Of a DNA stretch of 64,000 nucleotides, positions 14,601 through 26,600 are shown piece after piece. The translations under genes and the position numbers were made by a program. A model generated the notes under the pieces. It saw nothing but the letters and a program-made list of their open reading frames with translations. It was not told the origin of the DNA and did not search any database. This stretch comes from Enoplolaimus lenunculus (lineage: Eukaryota), in contig JASANG010001409.1 in NCBI GenBank assembly GCA_030248215.1, positions 186,001 to 250,000 of the forward strand, written 5' to 3'. The number at the start of each line of letters is the position of its first letter. Position 1 is the stretch's first letter.

Positions 14601-17600
14601 TCACTATTCCGTGGATTCGATGACCACGTTGGCCAGTTATAATCGAAAGTAAGTGTTGGTTTTAATTTGGGCTCTGCAAACTATAAGGATCTGCTCATTA
14701 AGCCTAAACCTAGTGCTAAGACAACCATGGACCTGTAGTTTCAACTTGACTGAAGTGGATTCTTTTGGCTTTTTCTATGAAATTAAGGAAAAAATTAAAA
14801 TTGGTTTGATTGATTGTTTTAGCTGTTTCAAGATCTGACGGTAAAATACTGATTATTGAGCGAAACCAAACTAGGACTTTCTATATTATTTCGCTAATTA
14901 TTACAGTTACTCTTACTAGCAATCTAATTTCAGCATTAAAGGGTTTTTGGGTGCATGAAATCTGAATAGACCGTTTACAAACTTCCAAAATTGATAATTG
15001 AATAGTTAGCTAATATGTAATTTGCATAGTAACATAGTTTTTTAAGCCTAAATTAGGACTTTTTACAATATTTCACTAATTATTAAGGTTAAAAGCAATG
15101 TAAGTTCAGCACTAAAGAGTTTTTATGTGAGCGGAATTTGAACAAATTGTTTACAGACCTCCAAAACCGATAAATGAATAGTTAGGTAATAACTAATTTG
15201 TATATTACCTTAATTGCTTACGTGTGTTCGAGCTTCGCTCAATAAATGTAGTCCCACTACGACTGGTAGTAACTGTGCGAAGTTTAGCATGCTCGGCATA
15301 GTTGTAGTAAATGTGGACTGTGTAGTGTAGTTTTTGTCTATGTTCAAAGACTAATGTTAATGTAAGGATTAATCTTAGCGAAAAGCTAATCCAAGTATTA
15401 GTCTATGCCAAACATTTAGGTTAAGGTCAGTCTAACTTTATACTGTATAGCAACATCTCATTTCATTGTTATGAATTTAGGCAACCAAACAATATTATGT
15501 GTGTTAGTTTTAATCTATAACTTGATTGGTTTAACTCGGGTTTGTTTTTAGGTTTGAAATTGGAATAGAATCTTTATTAGCGTTTGTTGACAATACAGTA
15601 GCGCTTAGCGCTACAGTTGATTCAGATTTCAGCGAAGGTGCTATTCATGATTTTAACACTTTACTCAAGATATCTGCGGTGCTAGTGACGGTAAATTGTT
15701 TTTAGTTTTTATGAATTCATAATTTTTGGTTAATCTTGCTTTAATGCTCGTTGTAGTGTTGCAAAGACCCGAACCAGACGAACATGCTACATTGAGTGGG
15801 TCATGTAGTCCATAATTTGCAAGTGGAACTAAAATTTGCGGCAAATAGGATATCGGAATTATTGCGGTTTAAAGTTTTATTACAAATTCACTGGTGGGAC
15901 CAGGGTTTGTATTAAGGTGATTGTGCTTTCGCATTGATCTTCAAAGATGGCCTATCGGTACCAGGGTAGCAAAAATGTTCGGATTGGGATTGGGCAAAAA
16001 ATTTGCTGTTGGATTCGGATTCGGTTGTGAAAAAGCCGATTCAAACAAGTTCGCAATAGATGCTAATAAATATATTTAAACAGTAAAAATTTTAAATAAC
16101 TTGTTATATAAGTTATTATATTTCAGTTGACAAATCTCAGAATTAATGTCAGCCGCGAAATAATTGCGTTTATGAAAAAAGTAGATTTACTGGAATAATC
16201 AATTCTATCAGTTTTGCATATCGAAAAACAATTGTCTAATTTTATTAAGTTGACGTTCTGAAATAAGTTATCCATTTATCTGAAATTGGCGGCAAATGCA
16301 AGTTTCAGATTCGGATTCTGTCAACCGTGGATTAGGTGACACTGTGATCAGCACGTGCGCAAATATAGGTTTTGAATGTACCTTGGCAACAATATTTTAA
16401 TACGGCTCTGTTGGAGGCCAGCTAGTCACATGGCGTATATGGGAAAACTAAAAATGAGGGTCAAAAGGAAAATTTTGATTTCAGCAGAGATATTTAAGTT
16501 TGTTTTTTCAGGGTCTTCGGACAACAGACATCAAAACAGGATCGAGCAACGCAGGTGCGCATATTGGAATTGAAACAATTGAAATTCAATGGTGCAATGC
16601 ACTTGTCAATCTTGCAAACCACGCCTGCCAGCATTTTGAGCAATTGCAAACTGAATATGAGCCGGTTTTGGCATTTTTGGTAACAAAATCGCCAGCGGCA
16701 GAACGTGCCAATCAAAATGATTCCGCAGCCGAGACTTGTAACAGCTGGCAAAACTCAGTTGATGTTATGTTGTCTGCTTCAGATTTGACGGTGTTTGCTA
16801 TTGCTAATAACACAGGTTTGTTGATTTAGATTAATTTATTTAAATATTTCATGTTAGTGTCTCTTGAACAAATTGTGGTTTTAACTGTAACTTTAGCTGG
16901 TTTATTTGGTGGTTTTTGTCGTGTCTAACCGATACCAGTCAACTTCGGTTACAATTTGGATAAACATTATATCGTAATTTGTTGATTTTGATGATCTGCA
17001 AGTATGTAGAATTAAGTAGTACTAAATATTAATTTATCGTGGTTGTTTTTGTAAGGTGCTTGTATTTTGATAGTCTGGTTCATTGCTATCTTACCGGTTT
17101 GAAAAAGATTAAATTTTTGTTCTAATTTCAGTTTGCGTAGTTGGTCAGGTCGGAAAATTACGATTGGAGAAGAATGATAAATTATTGGGTTGTTTGGTGA
17201 AAACTGCATCAGTTTATGTGCTCAATGATATTCGAAAAGTAAAATTTAAAATAGCGCAATGAATTTAGGTTATTTAATTTTCATTTTGCTGTTTATAAAT
17301 ATTTTCTGCGAAAGCAATGATGAGTTTAGTTGCCGGCGCATTGTATTTTAAAATTGGAGCGACCAGAAATCCGGTTCCGGGTTAATATTCTCCAAAGATA
17401 TAATATTCGTATCCGGCCCGCATATCCGGTGTAAACGTACTGGCTACTAGATATTTACATCGATGATCATGAATATCGTTGCTATTGCCTTTCTGGCAAG
17501 TCATTACGTTTTTCAGACTGATGCAAAAAATTTAAGTTACCAGTTAAAATCAAATTCAATAATGGCATATTTTTGTTCAGTGCACCACATTTTGTTGCCA

Positions 17601-20600
17601 TATTTTGTTCTGTGGCTTTGAAATCTACTCGCCCCAGGATTCTAAGTGCATTAGTTTGGGTTTTAGCGAAGTAAGCCGATAAATGCTTTAGCATAGCTAA
17701 AATTTCGTGGTATGTTTCAAACCTGATCTTTTAAACGGTCGTTTCAGATAAGAAATGGTTTTAATACATCGACTGTTGCCGAACACTTGTCGTCTTGTGA
17801 TCTCGGCGATGAGCAAGAATTGAAAAACCGATTGCTTTCTACTCCATCATACCTGAGCTATACGAAGCTTGTTTGGACTTATCGTGATGTTAGTTGGCAA
17901 TTTAGTTATACCAGTCGTAGTCGGACTACATTTATTGAGCGAAACTCGAACACACGTAAGCAATTAAGGTAGTATGCAAATTAGTTATTAGCTAACTATA
18001 CATTTATCGGTTTTGGAGGTTTGTAAGCAATTTTCTCAGATTCCTCGCATCCAAAAACCCTTCGCCACTTTAATAATTATTGGAATAATTTAAAAACTCC
18101 TAATTTTGTCTCGTCAATTAAGCAAATATGCAAATTATCTATTAGCTAACTATTCGATAATCGCTTTTAAAGGTTTGTAGACAATTTATTCTGATTCCTC
18201 GCACCCGAAAACCGAATATTGCTGAAATTAGATTGCTTGTAACCCTAATAATTAGTGAAACATTGTAAAAAACGCCTAATTTAGGCTTATCAATTTTGCT
18301 TATATGCAAATTATCTATTAACTAACTACTCAATTATCGATTTTAGACGTTTGCAAACAATTTATTCAGATTCCTCGCACCCAAAAACCTTCAGTAAACC
18401 GTAATAATTATTGAAATAATTTAAAAAGTCCTAATTTTGTCTTGTCATTAAGCTGATATGCAAATTAGGTATTACCAAACTATTCAATTATCGGTTTTGG
18501 AGGTTTGTAAACAATTTATTCAAATTCCTCGCCCTAAACACCCTTTAGTGCTGAAATTATATTGCTTTTAACGTTAATAATTTGTGCAATATTGTAAAAA
18601 GTCACAATTTAGGCTTAAAAACTATGTTACTATGCAAATTACATTAGCTAACTACTCAATTATCAATTTTGGAAGTTTGTAAACGGTCTACTCAGATTTC
18701 TCGCACCCAAAAACCCTTTTTATGCTAAAATTAGATTGCTTCTCACTGTAATAATTAGTGAAATATTGTGGAAAGTCCTAATTTAGGCTTAATTAATTAT
18801 GCAAATTAGCCTGTAGCTATTAAACGGCTTAAAATTTTAAAACCCCAATGCGAGGTTAACACTCCAGGATAATTGGCTTTCAAACAAAAAAAGTTTATCA
18901 AAATTGGTTCAGCCCTTCCTGAGATTCTTTTCGGACGGACAGACGGACGGACGGACATCCACCTTTCGACCCCGAAGTACCAAACATAAAACGCTTCGCT
19001 CAATAATTATTCTTTAATTTTGGTTCATTTAAACCTTAGTGACATTTTATACGAGCACGATTTTGCAGCTAGAATTTGCGTCTCCCGCTTGTACCTGCAA
19101 TTTGTGTGAAAGGATTTGTTTGAAGAAAACATGCAATTGTAAAGTTTTGTAACTAATCAAGGAAAAAAATGGTTCAGGGATCAGCTGGCATGTACCAATA
19201 TAAATAGACTTTGATTGTGCGAAACAGGGATATCAAAACTGATCCAGGGCAATAAGAAGACCATGACAACAATCAATAATAGAAAGTTAAGGTGCTTTAG
19301 AAAATCGGTGAATTTTGTTTAGAAACATGGCTCCGTTGATAGCAGTGAAGTATATTGAGATTTTGTATTTACGCTGAGCTTATATTTTCATCTAGTTTAC
19401 ACTGATTTGAAGCTACGCATTGAATAGTTAATATTTTTAAATTGTTTGCGTGTTAGACTGCAATGATTGATATTAAAGACGATTTCACACTGTCGTGGTC
19501 GTGCAGTTTACACATGGCGTTCAAGTGTATTTGCAGTGAAATTATTGCAACCGCACATCAAATCAAACGACTGGCAAAAAATGGTAATTTTTGTATTTCT
19601 TTGCAGTCTAACTCGCTTGAAGCAATAATGTGTAAAAATGAGTAATTCTTTATAATGAAGGGTGTGACCAGGTGTCCGGCTTCAGCTTACTATTTGGCGA
19701 AAAATTCTCATCCGCATCCAGCATCCAGTGTTTCGACAACCAGTGGCACCCGAATTGAAATTTAACATTACTCAATCAGTTAAATACGAGAAATACAGAT
19801 GGTTATATTATTACTAGTCAGTTTACGCGCTTTCAGTCCACACGAAAAATATATTGTTAAAAATACTGAAATTGTCATTAATCAAACTAACTTCAACAAC
19901 TCAGCTTCTATCTTTCATATGATATTTCGCAAATATACCTATAACTGACCTGCCAAAACTCTACCCTACAGTTTTCGAGAAACAAATATTTAATTTTATT
20001 GCTCAATCGGGAAGTGTGTATTTTTATTCCAGACTGTAGGTGTCTGATTAGTTACGTGTTGAAATTTCTCAAGTTAACAATTCTGCATTTTTGTGCCGCC
20101 GTGAATAGATCACCATCCCTTGCTTTGAGGTTCCACTTAGCTCGTTTGCATAACTATTGCTAGACACAATATGGACTGCATATCTGTCGCACGGTATAGG
20201 TTAGGTAAGGTGATCCATTAGGCGTTCATTTTTCGTTTTGTATTTCAATCCTAGTGAGGTCCCGTTTCGGTTTGCTTGACATTAAGTAAAAATTATTCTG
20301 TAATCCGAGTTTTAGTTCCTCCACGACACAGTATTAATAGCGATGTTTCCTCCAATTCCAAAGTAAATACAAACTTGTCGAGTGATTTATCAGTGCAATG
20401 GACGTTTAGTGCGGCAGTGAAAGTATTCGTATATTTGCCGGGGCAATTCAGGTAAGTCGACAGTGTTGAACCAACAGGTCAGTTTGTTGTTGAAATTCGA
20501 GTATTAATTAAAGATCCAAATGTGTTTACTACATGATGAACATGGGTTTGATGGTAGTAAGCTATAGTTCGAAAAATTCACTATCAATCTATTTTATTAC

Positions 20601-23600
20601 GTACTCAATATGTGGTATATAGAGTATATTAAGTTTGAAGTGATTTTATGGAGACTTCCAGTAAAAGTATTGGTTCTAATCAATTCAACATAGCATTTAC
20701 GACAGTTGTGTAAAACAGTTTTTTGCAAACATAGTAATATCCATTGGAAAGTTTAAAGTATGCGTATTCAGAATTTTGGTATTTGCTGAAGAAAATAGGA
20801 ATGGAATGTGTATTATGTTCGCAACCGTAATTAACACAAATAAATTACAATAACTTTTAGTGCCGGTGTAAACGTTGTTCGACCTAAAGGCAAATTCGAT
20901 GGCCACAAGTTCCGTGTACAGTGTGATTCAGGACAGCTGCTATTCGATCACCATTCAATTGTTAAGTTTGAGGTATATTCGCCTATTATTAGGTGGGTTC
21001 AGAATTTGGCGGCGGGTGGATGCTATTTTGTGTTTTGAAAATTTTTCAGTTTTGATGGAAGCATCGCAAGTTACGCCCGGCGTTTGTTATTATTTTCGGC
21101 CGCTGTGTGTAAACACATTGTCAGATTGTGATTAATAATACGAATACAACAATGTCAGCGGGACACAGCTCATCGGCGGGTTCATCAATTCGTCAGCCTT
21201 GGTGCAGTAAATACTTACTAGCCTCTTGCTCTCTCAGTTTTGAAACGTATGTAAGCGATCTTAAATTGCAAACTACTACTACTACTACTGAGAGCAGGGA
21301 TGGGTGGTCTCGGTCTAGATTTTTTATCCGAGACCGTCCATCTCTGGCTAAGAGTACTGAGTACATCTGAAAGCACAAACTGTTCACTTCGCTTCAAATC
21401 GCAGGTCGTTTTGCAGCTTCTATGAAATTTCAAAAATTAAGATTTGTGAAATCTGATTGTAGACAACAAGTCTCGAACTGCTTGATTCTCATCAAGAAAT
21501 CAAGGCGAGCCGAGCTTGCTATTCTGATATGATTACGAAGTGTAACAAGATACTGTAAGTTTACTAACGAAAATTGTATTTTGCCTGAGGGAGCTTTAAC
21601 AAAATTTTTTCTTCGTTTTAAGTGAACGAATAATTTACGTTTTTTGTGTTTGAAACCTTTATCTTAAATTGGTATTGCAGCTTCTATCAGTTGGCGGTAC
21701 GGTTTCAAAGAGATCGAATGTGTAACTGCGCCGTCAAGTAATCGTGTGAAAATGTAAAAATTTTCAACAATTGGGTGGAAAGCAAAGATCTATATAAGCT
21801 GGAACATCATAGTGAAGAATGCTGATGATTTATTGTTAAGCAGAACGTTTATCGGACTTGCGTCTTAAAATTTTTTAAAGTTGTTTTCAGACACTTAACG
21901 TCGTCATTTTTTCACGTTCGCTTTCCGTTTGGATACGACTTCGGTGCGACACATTCTCAAGTGATTTATGTTTTTGTATAAAATTTTAATGCTTCAGTGA
22001 GCTATTTGAGAGTAACTATATGAGTGTTTCAGTATTTGTATAGTGTTTTATTACGCCAAAACTAAACCCATTTTTCATATTTGATTTGTTTTTATTTCTG
22101 TATTAATTTCGGGGTCATCAACTATGCAGGAGTTCGGCAGTTTGAAACTTTAACGCTAACTTGTAATAGATGCTAACGCATTTGAGATAATGGGCATTGA
22201 TAGTAGACTCGACTTTAATGAGCTCACTTCAACAGTGTTGTGTTGTGCATAAGTAAAATTATTGCTTTAGCTGATTAATACAGTTAAATGGCTCAAATTG
22301 GTTCACAACGTCAAACGAAAAGCGTTTACTGTTGACAGCCCGTTGCCTCCTGATTTGTTGATCAATATCGCAGAAGTCCGATTTGAAATTGATGATGATC
22401 CGTTTGAAGTTCGGCTTCGTGATAACTATGAGGTATTACGCAAGGGTATATCCAAGCGGGTAATAGGTGAAACCCCCGCATTGCGATTTTTGTCCAGGAA
22501 TCGTATGAGGTCTTTTGCCAGTGACACAAGAAACTCGCTTGCATGGAAAGTTTTATAGGACGTGACCCATTTCAAATATTGTGCTTTTCTGTTATGCGTG
22601 GTATAATCAGAGTTTATTCAAGCCCTGGAAAGGTACTTATAGAAGGCAACAGGCCTCCTAAACTTGTTGCCTTCTATAAGTCAAAAATGTGTCTCGCTGG
22701 CGAAACATTTGAAATGTTTCCTTGGGTGGCATTTGTCTCGTACTTTAAACTTACCTCCTACGCCGTAGCTGGATTACTTGTTTAGTCTTCTTCGACTTTA
22801 TATTTTAAAGCAAACAAAATTAAATATTAATGTTAAAAATTATAAGGTTGATTTTCGTGTTGTTGACGATGTGGTTTTCTTTTTATTTTCAGCTGCTCAC
22901 AGATGAATATTTTGAATCTCTTCGTCGGGCACAAATGCTGGAAAAGAAAGTGGACAGTTTGCAACATGAAAACTATCTCATCAGCTGTAAGTACAATTGT
23001 TTTTTGGCGTACGGCATTTTTGGTATTTTTTAAAAGTTTTTAGTTTTTTTAAATCCAGGGCTTAAAACACCGATCAATTCACAAAAACCCTGATTTGAAG
23101 CGAAGTTTAGCCAATTATGGACACTTCAAAACGTCAAAAACCTCAACTAAAAATTGTGCAAGTAGTGTTCCAGCTTTTACTTGAATTACTTTCATCGAGA
23201 TGTGGAATTTATTTTTTTTATTTATTTTTTTCATTTTGCTGTAACCAAATCTAGATTCTGACTTGTTGATTTAAAAAGTTTTAGCTGTGATTGGTGGACG
23301 CATGTGTTTTGTATATTGCTAACTGAAACATTTGCTTGTAGTTTGGTGGTAAAGTTCAAACTCGTAATTTTAAATTTTGACTGTTTTAAGCATCAAAGTT
23401 AGAGGAATTGAGGCGATCGTTGCAAGTTCGAAATGCTGAAATTTACGTTGAACGGTCACGTAAGCTTTACAGTGATTCTGTTGCGTCAAGAACACAGCTG
23501 TTTCTTGCGGTTGCAAAAGGTGTTCAAGTTAAAGCACTGGCGGACGCTTCTTTTAATGGCAAGGATAATGTGTTATCTAGATTGAAGATGATGGATAAAG

Positions 23601-26600
23601 GAAGGTAAGGCGTAGTATTTTTAGCTGTTTTAGCTAAGAATTTACGAATTCTTAATGGCCACAATAAATTGTTTTATTTTGTAATATACACTATGTCAAG
23701 GATTGTGGGTTTCCAAATGGGATATGCGGCATAAAATATTCAGATATACCATGTTAAACCTAGTAAAGATGTCATTGAGACAACGTCATGACCAAAATCC
23801 AGCAACTTACCATATGCAAACCATAATCACCGCGTTTAGCTATTTTTGAATGCTAAATACTGACTATAATTCTCGTGTTATTCGCAAAGTAGTAAATATT
23901 TGTAAGCTGTTATGGAACAATGATATTCTGGAATTAAACTGAATTAACTTCAACTATTACTTGTTCATTTTTGTTTTATTGTTTAGCCCACCTCCTGACT
24001 CGGCGTTTGTATTTGTGACAATGTGGTGTCGAAATTCTGAGTTGGATATTGATGAGTTGGTGGTAAATATGCGAGACTATCCTCAGCCATATTTGTCGCT
24101 TACAGACGGTCATGTATGGGGGCAGTTGGCGGCAGCAGAAGTCGATGGGGCTACTCGATGTAAGTTGAAATGATTAATATATTGCGTATATGTGGCTTAC
24201 GTTGTGGGCCGTGATGATGGAGTATGAAGTCAGTATAGACACCAGCATTGTAATTTAATGGTTGGTTTTCTTCTGTTGCTAACGTTAATATAGCTGGTAG
24301 TACGCAGGAATATTCAATTACATCCGTTTGCCGTTTGCCAGTGTGTACGTGCAGGGTTTATATAGATCATACTGAAATTTTAATTGAAGGCGTGTATGCG
24401 TAGATAACTGGGTTCTGTTCTCAAGAAAAAGAATACTGGAGTTGGTAAGGCGAGTTGCACATTTGAAGTGGCACTAAGCTCTTTTTATGGGTTAGGATTT
24501 GCTGCTAATTACTAAGATTTCATTTTGTAGCAAAACGAAGCATTAAGCTTAACATTGGTGCGCCATGGGATGAATTTGTTGTCGAACGTAATATGCCACC
24601 ATTGAAATTTTACTATGATTTAAATTGTGGTAAGTTTTGATTTGTTTCATTGAGTTATGCCATGCGGCAATTAACAGTAATGTTGATAGTTTAGGTTTTA
24701 GTATGCTCGGTACTGAGTATCGCTGGGCGCAATCTGCGTATGGCGATGCGGCTTTTTGTTTTGCTTTGGCGATCTCTTTTGAGCTGACATAACTTTAGTT
24801 TGGGTGTAGTACAGAAACTTATCTGCAAAGGACTTAGGCTGAAACTGATCTAAAACACATTTCTGTTGTTGACAAAATTCTTACAACCTTCGATAGCGCG
24901 CGCCAATGCGGAGTTTTTTGGCAAACAAATTTTTTCTAATTTTGAGCGAACTTATAAATATTTAAGCATAAGCTTTGAGCACTGCGCCTACATTAAACAA
25001 ATAATTTTTTAAATACATTCAAGCAGATTTGAAATTGAACTCACAAGAAACTGAACCAATTCTTTCTTGTCTAACGACAGATCTAGAATCTTCTATGGAG
25101 CCATTTGTTATTCTGTACATACCAAGTAATGTATGATTTACAGTAAACGTTATATACATGTGTAGATAATAAATATACAATATAAAAAACCGTTTTAAAT
25201 TTTCTGGTTTTAACCCATGTTATAAAATTTAAAAGAATTTTATTTAAAATCAACATAAACCAAACGGATGTACTGTACGCAATTGGGTTTGAGTATTGTT
25301 TGGCACCACCACCGCCATAGCTTGCTCTTATAATTCACGTATCGTGAGCTTGAGGCATTGCTCATAATGGCGGTAATTAAATTTTAGATTAATCTTAAAT
25401 AATTATTAAAAGTAATTTATTTAAGATATTAACTTAAATTAATATTAAAATGTAATTATATTTATTAATTTAAGTATAATGATATAATATAATTGAATTA
25501 ATATTACAATTATTTCAAGATAACCATTTTTTTATAATATTAAATAATTAAAAATTTATTTAACCTACTATTTTTAAGTAATTTTATAATTTGAACAATT
25601 TTTAAGTAAGTTTATAAATTTTTTTGAATTATAATTAGCTTTTAATTAACTATTGTTTTATATTGTTATTATTTATATTAATACACCAATCCAACAAGTA
25701 ACAATTTTTTTGGGATAATTTTGTTTTTTGTAAAATATAACAAATGTAGTAATGTAGTAAATTTTGATCCTGTTTTTGTATAATTATAGACAAGCAGGGT
25801 GCAACCGGAATACAATTACAACAAGAAAACAAAAAAAAAAAAAAACACGAACCGAAAAAAAAAAAACAAAAAAACAAAAAACAAAAAACAAAAAAAAAAA
25901 AAAAAAAAAAAACAAAAAAAACAAAACACACACCAAACAAAAAAAACCTAGACAAGTATTAAAAGTTTACTTACATTACGACGAGAGATCTCAGAACAGC
26001 TCCGTCTGTGCACCGCCAAGCTGAATGCATTTCTCCAGTCGGGATGGTACAGATCGGCAAACTTTGGCGCATAAGTCCGCTGTAATTTTAGAAAACGCTG
26101 ATTTTATTCTGGCCATTAATTCTTGAGGGTCCTTCGCCCTACTTCCATAAACATCTTCTTTCACAACACCCAAAGAAAGAAGTCAGGCGGAGTTAAATCT
26201 GGTGACCCAGCTGGTCACTCGATGGCACCTCTGCGGCCGATCCATCGATTCGGGAACCTTTCGACCAGCCAAGCACGGACTTTGGTAGCGTAGTGAGCTG
26301 GGGCTCCGTCATGCATGAAAACAAGGTCCTCGGTTGCGATTTGCGGGTAGACATTCACAGATAAAAGTTCCAAATAGCTGGTTTTATTGAATGGACCATC
26401 GAAGCCTTGTGAACAAATTCGGACCCAGACACAGACTCCAGGGGCGTTGAAACACAATTATGGCGATTAACATGACCACTGAGCTTGAAAACCGCCTCGT
26501 CGGTCCACAAAATGCGATCAAGGTTCAACGCACTGCTTTCCACCATGTCCATAAATGTCTGGCAAAACTGGACTCTGCGATCGAAATTATCATCAGAGAG

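Noticed and set aside
17973..18830. CRISPR-like array
   Set aside because: Eukaryotic context; whole units are homologous, with no unique spacers or cas genes.
25650..26024. Poly-Lys / poly-Phe ORFs and a possible retroposon poly(A) tail
   Set aside because: Products of the garbled A-rich tract, which is on the wrong strand to be a tail for the minus-strand ORF1 relic.
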